Positions 1-9,588 of a stretch of DNA of 64,000 nucleotides are shown here, piece after piece (the stretch's first letter is position 1; every line of letters begins with the position of its first letter). The translations under genes and the position numbers were made by a program. Under the pieces are notes generated by a model. The model searched no databases, was not told where the DNA came from, and was given only the letters and a program-made list of their open reading frames with translations. Source of the DNA: Acidimicrobiia bacterium. GTDB taxonomy: Bacteria; Actinomycetota; Acidimicrobiia; IMCC26256; JACPCJ01. Location of the stretch: positions 4,006 to 68,005 of the forward strand of contig DATDOY010000034.1 of assembly GCA_035293045.1 (NCBI GenBank), in the 5' to 3' direction.

Positions 1-2
1 CC

Positions 3-2816
3 GGCTCGTCGGCCGGCAGTGCCAACTCACCCGGCGACTACCCCGACTCCTACTCGGCGGGCGCCACCGACCAGAACGACGCCATCGCCTACTTCTCGAG
101 CCGCGGCCCCTCGTGTTACGGCGAGACCAAGCCCGAGGTTTCGGCGCCGGGCGTCAGCGTCCGATCGAGCGTGGCCGGCGGTGGGTTCGCCGAATTCAGC
201 GGAACATCGATGGCCACCCCTCACGTCGCCGCCGCCGCCGCGCTCGTGATCGAGGCCGGAGCCGGCGCGGTCGATGTTTCCGACGCGGAATCGACCCTCA
301 CCGAGACCGCTCGAGACCTCGGAGCGACCGGTGCGGACAACACCTTCGGCGCCGGCCTCATCCAGATCGACGACGCGGTGATCTCCGCCCTCCAAGGCGG
401 CACGGTGACGGGGACGGTGACCGACAGTGGCGGCGACCCCATCGCCGGGGCGAAGGTGACGCTCGAAGGCAGCAGCCTCGCCACGCGCCGGACCATCACC
501 GACGGCGCCGGCATCTACCGCGTCCGAGCCCTCGCCGGCTCGTACGACGCCACGGTGTCTGCCTTCGGGTACATCGCGGAGACGACACCGGTCACGGTGA
601 CGGAAGGCACGACGGTGACCGCCGACGCGTCCCTCGCCCTCGCCCCGCAGGTCACGCTCTCGGGGACGGTGCGTGAAACGCCGGCCGACACGCCGCTCGA
701 GTACGTCGAGGTCACGGTGAAGGACACGCCGCTGGCCCCCGTCCACACCAACGCCGCCGGTGAGTACGCCTTCGTGCTCCCGACCGGCACGTACGAGGTG
801 TCCGCCCATCTCGACGGGTGCCGCGAGGACGGCCTCGCCACCATCGCCTTGAACACGGACGCGACCCACGACTTCGACTTGGCTCGGCTCATCGACGCCA
901 GCGGCTACGTGTGCGACCGCGTCCCGTTCACCGACGAGCGCGGCTCCACGAAGGTGCCGCTCTCGGGGTACTACTACTCGAAGCGCGCCCAGATCACCCT
1001 GCCGTTCACCTTCGACTACTTCGGCGAGCAGTACACCAGCGCGTGGGTGAACTCCAACGGGTTCCTGGCCTTTGAGAAGAACCCCCTCGACGTCGAAAAG
1101 CCGGACTGGGTCAACCGTGGGATTCCCGATGCGGCGCGTCCCAACGTCGCCATCTACGCGCTGTGGGACTTCCTCAACGTGCGCGGGAGTGAGCGCGGCA
1201 TCTATACGGCGACCTTCGGCGATGCCCCCAACCGCCGTTTCGTCGTCGAGTACCGCAACTTCGAGGTCCAAGCCACCGGCGACCTCGTCAACTTCTCGAT
1301 CGTGTTGTTCGAGAACGGGACGGTGGAGACCCGGTATCGCAGCCTCGAAGGCGTCGGGAACGGCCAGTACGCCACCGTGGGCATCGAAGGGCCGGGCGGG
1401 CGCCACGGCCTCGAGTACTCGCGCGACGAGAACCTGCTCGACGACGCGTCCGCCCTCCGGTATTTCGCGTCCGCTGACGTCGGCATCGTGACCGGACAGG
1501 TCACCGAGGCCGCCGAGGGACACCCGCTCGCCGACATCGAGGTCTCGGGTGGGGGGCTCACGACCGCGTCCGGCGTCTCGGGCCGATACCAGCTCGCCCT
1601 GGCCCCAGGCACCCACGACGTGTCGGTTGCGGTGCCCGCGGGGTACGACGCGGCGGGCGCGTCCGTCACCGTCGCCGCCGGCGACACGGTGACCGCGGAC
1701 TTCGCGTTGGCGGGGCCCCGCGCCGTGCTCTCACCGGAGTCGCTCGCCTTCGACGCCGAACTCGGCGTACAGGCCGCACCGGTGACGCTGGCCAACACGG
1801 GAAGCAAGCCCCTCGACTACGAAGTCGAGGCCAGCGGCTCGATATCCGCCGGCGACGCCGACGATGACTCGGGCGGGATCGTCGAGGTCGAGGACGCCAG
1901 CGCGGTCGCCGCGGCGGGCAACGTTGCCTTCCGCACCAACTTCTCCGACGCCACGCCCATGAACGAGCTCTACGGTCGGTTCCTCATCGACAGCGACCGC
2001 AACGAAGCGACCGGCGACTCCGAATATTGGTGGGAGGGGAAGGACACCCAACACCTCGGCGTCGACTACGTCGCCTACTTCTCGACCTTCTACGAGTTGG
2101 TCTGGGTGTACCACACCGACAGTTACAACCGGGTCGGCACGTTCCCGCTCGAGATCGACGGTTCGAGCGTGGCCTTTGACGTCGCGCTGAGCGTCCTGGG
2201 GAACGACGAAGGGGACCTGAACTACGCAATGTCCGTCGGTGACCTCAACGACTACTGGGATCCACAGGACTACGCGCCCGACGTCGGCCATGGCACGACG
2301 GCCGGCGAATGGCTCGACGTCGACCTCGCCTCGGGCACGCTCGAGCCGGGTGGCGTCCTCCCGGCGACGCTCACCGTCGATCCTGAGGGCGTGCGGGCCG
2401 GAACCAACCATGGTCTCGTGATCGTGCGGTCCAACGACGCCCTGTCGCCCGAACTCATCGAGGTGACGCTGACGTCGCCGGAGGACACCGAGCCGCCCGA
2501 AGTGGCGTGGACCACCACCGACGGCAGCGTGGTAGGGAACAACAACGTCAGCGGCGTCGAGACATTGCCGTCGATGAACGGGACGGCGGTCGACCTTGGG
2601 TCGGGAATCTACCGAGTGGTGGTGAAGTTCGTTCCCGTCCTTTCGACGGGCACGTCACCCTTCGAGCGGGTCGCCACCCTGGCCTGCAATGGGGCGGGAA
2701 CCTCGTGCACCTGGAAGTCGACCTCACCGATCGGGCAATACCGCGTGACGCCGGTCGCCACCGACGGCATCGGCAAGGTGACGGCGGGCCCGACGATCAC
2801 GATCACCGCCGTCTGA
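3..2816 (+). CDS. Subtilisin-like (S8) serine peptidase, 5'-truncated by the window edge, with repeated beta-sandwich modules and a long C-terminal extension
   Basis: Frame 3 is open from nt 3. Translation reads ...[25 protein letters not shown]...[18 protein letters not shown], the S8 catalytic Ser motif GTSMATPH. Downstream are carboxypeptidase-regulatory-like modules ([24 protein letters not shown]...). Listed ORF 171..2816 is the same frame. Confidence 0.85.
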   Translation, partial: GSSAGSANSPGDYPDSYSAGATDQNDAIAYFSSRGPSCYGETKPEVSAPGVSVRSSVAGGGFAEFSGTSMATPHVAAAAALVIEAGAGAVDVSDAESTLTETARDLGATGADNTFGAGLIQIDDAVISALQGGTVTGTVTDSGGDPIAGAKVTLEGSSLATRRTITDGAGIYRVRALAGSYDATVSAFGYIAETTPVTVTEGTTVTADASLALAPQVTLSGTVRETPADTPLEYVEVTVKDTPLAPVHTNAAGEYAFVLPTGTYEVSAHLDGCREDGLATIALNTDATHDFDLARLIDASGYVCDRVPFTDERGSTKVPLSGYYYSKRAQITLPFTFDYFGEQYTSAWVNSNGFLAFEKNPLDVEKPDWVNRGIPDAARPNVAIYALWDFLNVRGSERGIYTATFGDAPNRRFVVEYRNFEVQATGDLVNFSIVLFENGTVETRYRSLEGVGNGQYATVGIEGPGGRHGLEYSRDENLLDDASALRYFASADVGIVTGQVTEAAEGHPLADIEVSGGGLTTASGVSGRYQLALAPGTHDVSVAVPAGYDAAGASVTVAAGDTVTADFALAGPRAVLSPESLAFDAELGVQAAPVTLANTGSKPLDYEVEASGSISAGDADDDSGGIVEVEDASAVAAAGNVAFRTNFSDATPMNELYGRFLIDSDRNEATGDSEYWWEGKDTQHLGVDYVAYFSTFYELVWVYHTDSYNRVGTFPLEIDGSSVAFDVALSVLGNDEGDLNYAMSVGDLNDYWDPQDYAPDVGHGTTAGEWLDVDLASGTLEPGGVLPATLTVDPEGVRAGTNHGLVIVRSNDALSPELIEVTLTSPEDTEPPEVAWTTTDGSVVGNNNVSGVETLPSMNGTAVDLGSGIYRVVVKFVPVLSTGTSPFERVATLACNGAGTSCTWKSTSPIGQYRVTPVATDGIGKVTAGPTITITAV

Positions 2817-2838
2817 ACACATCTGGAACAATGGGGAG

Positions 2839-3354
2839 ATGAGCGAAACCTCGTCTCCCCCAATCGCCACGACAACCGAACGCGCGACGTTCGCCGCCGG
2901 ATGCTTCTGGGGGGTCGAGGACGCCTTTCGTCACGTGCCCGGCGTCGTCTCGACCCGGGTCGGCTACACCGGCGGCGACGTCGACGAGCCCACCTATGAG
3001 CAGGTCTGCTCGCACACCACGGGGCACGCCGAGGCGGTCGACGTGACCTACGACCCGACCGAGGTGTCGTTCGAGGAGCTCGTGGAGTTCTTCTGGCGCA
3101 TCCACGACCCGACCCAGATCAACCGCCAGGGACCCGACGTCGGCGACCAGTACCGCACGGCGATTTTCGTGCACGACGAATCGCAGCAGAAGGCCGCTGA
3201 GGCGTCCAAGGAGGCACTCGAAGCGTCAGGGATCCTTCCCACCGCGGTCGCCACCGAGATCGTGCCGGCGGAGACGTTCTGGGAAGCCGAGGACTACCAC
3301 CAGCAGTATTTCGAAAAGCGCGGGATGGCCGGCTGTCACCTGCCCAACGACTAG
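2839..3354 (+). CDS. msrA: Peptide-methionine (S)-S-oxide reductase MsrA
   Basis: 171 aa with the hallmark GCFWGVE active-site motif near the N-terminus. Length is typical. Confidence 0.93.
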   Translation: MSETSSPPIATTTERATFAAGCFWGVEDAFRHVPGVVSTRVGYTGGDVDEPTYEQVCSHTTGHAEAVDVTYDPTEVSFEELVEFFWRIHDPTQINRQGPDVGDQYRTAIFVHDESQQKAAEASKEALEASGILPTAVATEIVPAETFWEAEDYHQQYFEKRGMAGCHLPND

Positions 3355-3818
3355 CGCGCTTCCGCCTCTTCCTTGATCCTCGCGAGGGTCTCGCGCATGC
3401 CGTTCGCGTTGTGCTCGTCGCGTTCGGCGATGCCGGTGGCCGCCCGTCCGAGGAGCTTGATGAGCCCGCCCCGCTTGTCGTCCCACCGCTCCGTGACCCG
3501 TGAGCGACCCTCGCCGGCCTCTTCGATCAGATAGGTCCACCGCGCCACCGGCAGGCCACCCACCGAGGCGATGTCGAAGCTCAGCTCCTGACCCGGCTCG
3601 GCCGCGACCACCGTGCCCTTGGTGTTCCATCGTCGCCAACCGAGGCGGTTGTAGCCCTTGAAGCGGGCGCCGGGCACCGCACCGCTCGCGCCGCCCCGCC
3701 ACTCACACTTCACGCACTCGGGACTCCACTCACCCATCCGCGGCAGGTCGCTCACCAACTCGTAGATCCGGATGGGTGGCGCTTCAATGTCGATCGAGAC
3801 TTCCACGCGGTCAGCCAT
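3351..3818 (-). CDS. SRPBCC (polyketide cyclase/dehydrase-like) family protein
   Basis: 155 aa. The N-terminus [35 protein letters not shown] is typical of SRPBCC/START-like proteins. Its stop overlaps the msrA stop in a shared CTAG. Confidence 0.7.
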   Translation of the reverse strand: MADRVEVSIDIEAPPIRIYELVSDLPRMGEWSPECVKCEWRGGASGAVPGARFKGYNRLGWRRWNTKGTVVAAEPGQELSFDIASVGGLPVARWTYLIEEAGEGRSRVTERWDDKRGGLIKLLGRAATGIAERDEHNANGMRETLARIKEEAEAR

Positions 3819-3827
3819 TCGGTGAGC

Positions 3828-5003
3828 CTATGTCGGGTCGGGAGGCGGGAGCACCGCGGCGAGGTAGACGGCGCGCACGGCGAACACCTCGTGCACCTCG
3901 GCGACGACGTCCTCGTAGAACTCGCGGCGGTAGGTCTCGTCGGTCAGCGCCACCACCGTGAAGTAGAGGCCGGAGAAGGCGGCGAGGAAACCGGCGACCC
4001 GCAACAGCTCCTCGGTCAGAGGCACCGGCTGACCCCACAGCCGCCAGTCGGCCAGGACGTGCGCGCTGCCGCCCGTCCACGCCTCGATGGTGGGCACCCT
4101 CATCGTGATCAGTCCGAAGGCCACGAAGAAGGCGCCGATGAGGACGGCCACGAACGCGATCTGCAGGCCCTGGCTGAACAGCACGACGAGGCCCACGTTG
4201 CCCCACTCCTTGCGCGACAGCGACGGGGCTGGCGTGACCGGACGGCGGGGCGTGAGCGCCGACGCCGGGGTCGGGGCCACAAGGCGCCGAAGCTCGTCGT
4301 CCGACTCGAAGGTGGCGAGGTCGCCGATCTCGCGCGGGAGGCGCGTCACGACGAAGACCACGCCGATGACCACGAACAACATCACGGTGACCCAGAAAAA
4401 CGGCCCAGTCAGCGAGGCCGACACTTGCCAGACCTCGGCGTTCACGAACAGGAACGTCACGAACAGCAGCAGGAGTGGCAGGGCCCGCACCAGCAAGTTG
4501 AAGAGGTCCCCCACCTGCCGGGCCGATCTCCCCAACCCCCAGCGGGTCATCGGGACGATGCCGTAGCTTGTGACGAGGTAGGTCCCGCCGACGAGGGCGA
4601 TGTTGAATCCCGCGGTCAGGACGGCGGAGCGCACTTGGCCGCCGAAGACCAGGGGGAGGATCGGCGGGACCAGGACGAACACCGCGAGGTCGGGGGGGCC
4701 GATCCGCTGAGGCCGCGCCAGCGCGGGGCGGTGGCGGAGACGGTTCCCGACCGCCAGGCCTCCGACGAGGATGGCGACGCCACCGAGCGCGGCGAGGACG
4801 TTCAGCCACCACGGCCACTCGAGGTTGAGCGCGCCGACCACTTCGACCACGAAGATCAGTCCGAGCAAGGGGACGGCGCGGGTGAGCACGTCTCGCGAGG
4901 CGCTGTATTGGAAGATGAAGTGCGGGATCCCGCGCGCCACGAACCATCGTTCGGTCTCCGCCACTGCGTCCGGCGCCGGGTCCAAGTTGGCGAGGCTAGT
5001 CAC
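3828..5003 (-). CDS. Polytopic integral membrane protein, function unknown
   Basis: 391 aa with many hydrophobic segments (LLGLIFVVEVVGAL, ALGGVAILVGGLAV, LPLLLLFVTFLFV, etc.). GTG start at 5003. No recognisable catalytic motif. Confidence 0.6.
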   Translation of the reverse strand: MTSLANLDPAPDAVAETERWFVARGIPHFIFQYSASRDVLTRAVPLLGLIFVVEVVGALNLEWPWWLNVLAALGGVAILVGGLAVGNRLRHRPALARPQRIGPPDLAVFVLVPPILPLVFGGQVRSAVLTAGFNIALVGGTYLVTSYGIVPMTRWGLGRSARQVGDLFNLLVRALPLLLLFVTFLFVNAEVWQVSASLTGPFFWVTVMLFVVIGVVFVVTRLPREIGDLATFESDDELRRLVAPTPASALTPRRPVTPAPSLSRKEWGNVGLVVLFSQGLQIAFVAVLIGAFFVAFGLITMRVPTIEAWTGGSAHVLADWRLWGQPVPLTEELLRVAGFLAAFSGLYFTVVALTDETYRREFYEDVVAEVHEVFAVRAVYLAAVLPPPDPT

Positions 5004-5016
5004 CTACATTCGCCCG

Positions 5017-5808
5017 GTGGACGCCATCGAGTTCTACGGCCTCGAACGCCTCGAGCGGTCCCGGTGGCGCATGCCGGTGGTCTCGCAACTGTGTTCGGGC
5101 ATGGGGGCGCTGTTCGGGGGCGCCGCGCTCGGCGGGCTTGTCGAAGCGCTCGAGCGCGAAGCAGGCCGTCCTCTCGTGTGGGCGACCGGCCAGTACCTCT
5201 CCTACGCCCATCCGCCCGAAGTGCTCGACATCGAGGTCGTCCTCGCCGTCGAAGGGGGCTCGGTGACCCAAGCCCGCGCCATCGGGTCGGTCGACGGTCG
5301 TGAGATCCTCACCGTGAACGCCGCCCTCGGCCGGCGGGCGTTTCCTCACGCGGGTCAGTGGGCAGAGATGCCGTCGGTGCCTCATCCCGACGACTGCGAG
5401 CCCCGCAAGCTCCACTACCGCCACGGCGGCACCATCAGAGAGCGCCTCGACGACCGCCTGGCCAACGCTCGCGAGCCCGAGGACCTGAGCGGGGAACCCA
5501 GCTCGGGACGGGCGTCGGTCTGGGTCCGCATCAAAGACGCGCCGATCACGGCCAGCACGCTCGCCATCGTCGGCGACTACGTCCCGTTCGGCATCAGCCA
5601 GTCGCTCGGCGAACGAGCCGGTGGCAACAGCCTCGACAACACCCTGCGGGTGGCGCGCCTCGTCGATACCGAGTGGATCCTCGCCGACGTCCACATGCAT
5701 TCCATCCAGGACGGGTTCGCCCACGGTCGGGTGCACCTGTGGGCCCAGGACGGAACGCTCCTGGCCACGGCGAGCCAATCGACCATCGTCAGGCCCTGGC
5801 GGCCGTAG
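5017..5808 (+). CDS. Acyl-CoA thioesterase (TesB-like double hot-dog)
   Basis: Same frame as ORF 4771..5808. The start is trimmed to GTG 5017 because the upstream part overlaps the divergent membrane gene. The ending ...HMHSIQDGFAHGRVHLWAQDGTLLATASQSTIVR resembles the acyl-CoA thioesterase II C-terminus. Confidence 0.65.
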   Translation: MDAIEFYGLERLERSRWRMPVVSQLCSGMGALFGGAALGGLVEALEREAGRPLVWATGQYLSYAHPPEVLDIEVVLAVEGGSVTQARAIGSVDGREILTVNAALGRRAFPHAGQWAEMPSVPHPDDCEPRKLHYRHGGTIRERLDDRLANAREPEDLSGEPSSGRASVWVRIKDAPITASTLAIVGDYVPFGISQSLGERAGGNSLDNTLRVARLVDTEWILADVHMHSIQDGFAHGRVHLWAQDGTLLATASQSTIVRPWRP

Positions 5809-5818
5809 CATCCCCGTC

Positions 5819-6751
5819 GTGCTTGCCGCCCCGCTCACCGCCGAACGCCTCCACGAGGTCTGCGGGACCGATCCGACCTGGGTCTGCCGGCGCGTGCTCG
5901 ACGGCACCGACAGCGACGTTCTCGCCCAGACGGCCGACTGGATCGTGGCCAAACCCCTGGTCATCCTCCTCATCTTCATGGGTGCATGGGTCGCCAACCG
6001 GCTGATCGGCCGGGCGATCCGGCGGTTCGCCGCCCAGGCCAAGGGAGAGGGCTTCGGCCGGAGAGTCCACGCGCTCCGCACCACGACCGCAAGGCGGGCG
6101 AAGCGCACCGACGCGGTCGGCGCTGTCCTGTCGTCGGTGGCAACCGCCGTCATCTACACGATGGCCGCCTTCATCGCGCTCGGAGAGCTCGGCCTCAACC
6201 TCGGGCCGCTCATCGCCGGGGCCGGCATCGTCGGGGTGGCGATTGGCTTCGGGGCCCAGAGCCTCGTGCGCGACTTCCTGAGCGGCCTCTTCATGATCAT
6301 CGAGGACCAGTTCGGCGTGGGCGACATCGTCGACCTCGGGGTCGCGGCCGGCACCGTCGAAGGGGTCAGCCTCCGCACAACGCGCGTGCGCGACGTCAAC
6401 GGCGTCGTGTGGCACGTGCCCAACGGCGAGATCCACCGGGTCGGCAACAAGTCGCAGGACTGGGCACGCGCGCTCATCGACGTCCCGCTCGCGCTCGGCA
6501 CCAACGTCGACCGGGCTGCCAGCGTCATCGGCGACGTGGGACGCGATCTGTGGAGCGACGAATCGTTCCAGGGCGTGATGCTCGAGGAGCCCGAGGTGTG
6601 GGGCGTGCAGGATCTGGGCAAGGACGGCATGGCCATCCGCCTCGTCGTGAAGACGAAGCCGGGCGAGCAGTTCAAACTCGAGCGGGAGCTGCGCACGCGC
6701 CTCGCCCGCGCCTTCGAGGACGAAGGCATCGCCGCGCCGGCGCCGGAGTGA
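5819..6751 (+). CDS. Small-conductance mechanosensitive channel (MscS family)
   Basis: Contains GIVGVAIGFGAQSLVRDFLSGLFMIIEDQFGVGDIVDLG, the MscS pore helix/beta-domain signature. Start chosen at GTG 5819, after the thioesterase stop. Confidence 0.85.
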   Translation: MLAAPLTAERLHEVCGTDPTWVCRRVLDGTDSDVLAQTADWIVAKPLVILLIFMGAWVANRLIGRAIRRFAAQAKGEGFGRRVHALRTTTARRAKRTDAVGAVLSSVATAVIYTMAAFIALGELGLNLGPLIAGAGIVGVAIGFGAQSLVRDFLSGLFMIIEDQFGVGDIVDLGVAAGTVEGVSLRTTRVRDVNGVVWHVPNGEIHRVGNKSQDWARALIDVPLALGTNVDRAASVIGDVGRDLWSDESFQGVMLEEPEVWGVQDLGKDGMAIRLVVKTKPGEQFKLERELRTRLARAFEDEGIAAPAPE

Positions 6752-7990
6752 CTACAGATAGATCAGCGGGTTGACCGGCGTGCCCGACTGACGCACCTCG
6801 AAGTGGAGATGCGGGCCCGTTGACAAGCCAGTCGATCCGACGGCACCCACCAGCTGTCCTCGGGTCACGTTCTGGCCCACGCCGACACTCACCGACGACA
6901 TGTGCGCATAGAGGGTGGCGAGCGTGTTGCCGTGGTCGATGATCACGGTGTTGCCGTATCCGCCGCGCGCTCCGGCCCACACCACCTCGCCGTCACCCGC
7001 GGCGACGACGGGCGTCCCCGACCGAGCCCCGAAGTCGACGCCGTTGTGCATGCGCGTCACGCCGAGGATCGGATGGCGGCGCGATCCGAAACCGCTCGTG
7101 AGCGCAGCCGAGATCGGCACACCAAGGAGTCCCGACCCGCTCCCCACGAAGACCTGGCCGCTCTGGCGACCGCGAAGCATCCCGGCGATGGAGTTGGACT
7201 CGGCCTGGAGTGCGTTGAGTTCGGCGTTGAACCGATCCTTCTGGGCGTGCACCTTCGCAAGGAGGCGTTCCTGGTTGTTGACCGCCGCGGCAACCTGGCC
7301 GCGGGCCCGCTGCTGTTCGGCCTTCAGGGAGGCGATGTTGGCCCGCTCGGCGGCGACGACGTCTCGGGCGGCGCGCGCCTCGTCCCGCTCGTCCTCGAGC
7401 CCTGCACGCATGTATTCGACCCGCTCCTTGAGGAGGACAAGACGATCGACGCGGTCCTGGTCGATCTCGGCGACGATCGACAGATACTGCGCGCCGGCGA
7501 TGAGGTCCTGCGGCGTGGCGGCGTCGAGGGCGAGATTGGTCATCACGGCGACCCGACCACCCCCCCGCTGGCGATACAGCTCGGAGGTGATGTCCCCGAC
7601 GTCGTCTTTCATCTCGTCGATGTTGGCGCGCGTCTCGTGGAGCTTTGCGGTGAGGGCGAGGTAGCGGGCGTCGAGCCGCTGCACGTCGGCTTCCGCGACG
7701 GCCACGCGATCCGACGCTGCGGCGAGCTCCCGATCGATGCGGGCGATGGCGGCGTCGAAGCCGTCGAGCTGGGCCTGGGTCTCGGAGAGCTCGCCGAGAA
7801 GCTCAGCCTCCTCGGCCGACGCCTCCCCGATAGCCGCCTTCAGCTCCCGGATGCGCTCCTCGATCTCCCGCTGGCGGCGCGCCTCAGGGGCCGTCGTGCT
7901 CGTGGTGCTCGTGGTGCTCGTGGTCTGGGCGCCCGCGTTCGGACTGACCAGCAGGGCGCAGAGCGCGAGAAGGAGAGCGCGGGCACGCAT
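6752..7990 (-). CDS. Secreted coiled-coil M23 (LytM-type) peptidoglycan endopeptidase, EnvC-like architecture
   Basis: Signal peptide MRARALLLALCALLVSPNAGA, then about 250 aa of heptad-rich coiled coil. The C-terminal M23 domain has intact HNGVD (HxxxD) and GPHLHFE (HxH) metal ligands. Confidence 0.85.
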   Translation of the reverse strand: MRARALLLALCALLVSPNAGAQTTSTTSTTSTTAPEARRQREIEERIRELKAAIGEASAEEAELLGELSETQAQLDGFDAAIARIDRELAAASDRVAVAEADVQRLDARYLALTAKLHETRANIDEMKDDVGDITSELYRQRGGGRVAVMTNLALDAATPQDLIAGAQYLSIVAEIDQDRVDRLVLLKERVEYMRAGLEDERDEARAARDVVAAERANIASLKAEQQRARGQVAAAVNNQERLLAKVHAQKDRFNAELNALQAESNSIAGMLRGRQSGQVFVGSGSGLLGVPISAALTSGFGSRRHPILGVTRMHNGVDFGARSGTPVVAAGDGEVVWAGARGGYGNTVIIDHGNTLATLYAHMSSVSVGVGQNVTRGQLVGAVGSTGLSTGPHLHFEVRQSGTPVNPLIYL

Positions 7991-7999
7991 ACGCTGGGC

Positions 8000-8026
8000 A
8001 TGCTACCCCATTGGCCTCACATGCAA
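8000..8026 (-). promoter_or_regulatory. Candidate promoter for the M23 peptidase gene (-35 TTGCAT, -10 TAGCAT)
   Basis: The minus strand reads TTGCAT (8026-8021), a 15-nt spacer, then TAGCAT (8005-8000), 9 nt before the ATG at 7990. This would give a near-leaderless mRNA. The spacer is shorter than optimal. Confidence 0.3.
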
Positions 8027-8091
8027 CAGGGGTCACACTGCCCTCACTGCACGTGCTCGCAACCGGTCTTACCCCGCCGCACCACATTTCC

Positions 8092-8151
8092 TGTGCACTT
8101 TCCGTCGTTGGATTCCGACAAACCGGACACGATCACGACGGAAAGTGCACA
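8092..8151. terminator. Long palindromic hairpin, member A of a two-copy family
   Basis: TGTGCACTTTCCGTCGT (8092-8108), a 26-nt loop, then ACGACGGAAAGTGCACA (8135-8151). This is a 17-bp perfect stem, 13 nt downstream of the stop of the minus-strand gene 8165..8680. There is no U-tract. Confidence 0.55.
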
Positions 8152-8164
8152 TCAAACGCGATTC

Positions 8165-8680
8165 CTACGGACGATGGGCGTCCATGCACGCTCGAGACAA
8201 GTCCGCCCCGTCGACGCCCATCACGCCGAACTCGGGGGGAGCGACCGTGCCAGGAGATCCGAGGACGCGGGCGAGATCGTCCGCCGCAAACGTCAGGTTG
8301 ACGAGATTGGCGAGGTCATCGCGCGAAGACTCGACGTCGCGCATGTGGTCGCGCGTGACGCCAGAAACGGCCCACGTGGCGACTGCCCCGTGGGCGACGG
8401 GATCGCCCGACTCGCGGAGGTAGGCATCCGCCGACAGGAACCACCAGCCCTCGAGGTCGGGGTCGCGGGTGCGGACCATCCACCCACCGCCGAGTGGGAC
8501 GTCGAGACGATTGGACAGTTCGCTCACCCACGATCGCGGCGCCAGCTCACATCGCTCGAGCCCCCGCGAGGCGCTCAGCGCCCCGTACAGCGCGACGCCG
8601 CCGACGAGGGCAGCAACGACGAATAAGGCGACGACGAGGCGACGTACCTCTCGCTGCCCCGTCCGATCGATCGCCAACAC
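8165..8680 (-). CDS. Membrane-anchored hypothetical protein
   Basis: 171 aa with a single N-terminal TM (LVVALFVVAALVGGVALYGAL) followed by a soluble domain. No motif recognised. Sits between ftsX and the M23 peptidase on the same strand. Confidence 0.55.
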   Translation of the reverse strand: MLAIDRTGQREVRRLVVALFVVAALVGGVALYGALSASRGLERCELAPRSWVSELSNRLDVPLGGGWMVRTRDPDLEGWWFLSADAYLRESGDPVAHGAVATWAVSGVTRDHMRDVESSRDDLANLVNLTFAADDLARVLGSPGTVAPPEFGVMGVDGADLSRACMDAHRP

Positions 8681-8701
8681 AGGGCGAACGATAGGCGCCT
8701 G

Positions 8702-9586
8702 CTACACGTCGAGGAAGCGGCGGAGGCCGATGGCGGAGCCGACGACGCCCACGAAGGCGCCGATGGCGAGCACGATGAAGCCGATGCCGAGGGCGTCGCC
8801 GGTGGTGATGAAGAAGCTCTGGAACACGCCTTCGGAGCGTTGCACGAGGTCGGAGAGGATCTGCTGGAGTCCGTAGACGGCGCCGAACGCAAGGCCGGCG
8901 CCGATGGCGCCCTGGATCAGGCCTTCGAGCATGAACGGGATGCGGATGAACCAGTTGGTGGCACCGACGAGTTTCATGATCTGGATCTCGTGGCGCCGGG
9001 CGAACGTTGCGAGCCGGATGGTGTTGACGATCAGGAAGAGCGACGACGCCAACAGGATCCCGGAGATGGCGAAGAACAACCGCCGAATCCACGAGATGGC
9101 GCGGAGCATCCGATGCACCTGCTCCTCGGCCGTGAGCACCTGGTCGACGCCGGGACGGCCCTCGAACTGGGCGGCGATGGTCTTGGTGAGTGCGGGGTCC
9201 TCCGGAATCACGCGGAACGACGGCGGGAGCGTCTCGGGATCGACCGCCTCGATGAGATCGGGCTCGTCCTTGAAGTACTCCCGGAACAAGTCGTAGGCCT
9301 TCTGCTTCGAGATGAAGCGGTAGCTCTTCACGCTGGGCGCGTCGTCGAGCTCGGCCTGGATGTCCTGCACCTGCTTTTGGGTCGGGTCGGTCACGAAGAA
9401 GATCTCGAGCTCGACCCCTTCCTTCCACCGCGCCGTGCCGTGGTCGACCATGCGCGACAGCAGCAGCACGCCGCCGAACAAGAACAGCGAGACCGCGACG
9501 GTGAGGATGCCTGCAAGCGTCATCATGATGTTGCGGCGCAACGAGACGAAGGTCTCGCGGGCGAAGTAGTCGAGCTTGAAGGCCAT
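8702..9586 (-). CDS. ftsX: Cell division permease-like protein FtsX
   Basis: Start trimmed to ATG 9586 (MAFKLDYFARETFVSLRRNIMMTLAGILTV...). Typical FtsX N-terminus with four TM segments. It lies 2 nt after the ftsE stop. Confidence 0.9.
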   Translation of the reverse strand: MAFKLDYFARETFVSLRRNIMMTLAGILTVAVSLFLFGGVLLLSRMVDHGTARWKEGVELEIFFVTDPTQKQVQDIQAELDDAPSVKSYRFISKQKAYDLFREYFKDEPDLIEAVDPETLPPSFRVIPEDPALTKTIAAQFEGRPGVDQVLTAEEQVHRMLRAISWIRRLFFAISGILLASSLFLIVNTIRLATFARRHEIQIMKLVGATNWFIRIPFMLEGLIQGAIGAGLAFGAVYGLQQILSDLVQRSEGVFQSFFITTGDALGIGFIVLAIGAFVGVVGSAIGLRRFLDV

Positions 9587-9588
9587 GC

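Noticed and set aside
27-1616. 529-aa ORF antisense to the S8 peptidase gene. Similar long antisense or off-frame ORFs occur elsewhere, for example 25475..27535 (its upstream portion beyond 25693), 22284..24458, 46215..49058, 50732..53230 (upstream part) and 53341..55173 (upstream part).
   Set aside because: These are Arg/Gly/Asp/His/Pro-rich low-complexity translations typical of shadow frames in roughly 70% GC DNA. Each overlaps a gene with clear family motifs on the other strand or frame.
7895-7925. 9-bp triplet repeat (GTGCTCGTG x3) near the M23 peptidase 5' end.
   Set aside because: It simply encodes a TTSTTSTTSTT linker after the signal peptide. This is an ordinary low-complexity linker rather than a regulatory repeat, though it could vary in length.
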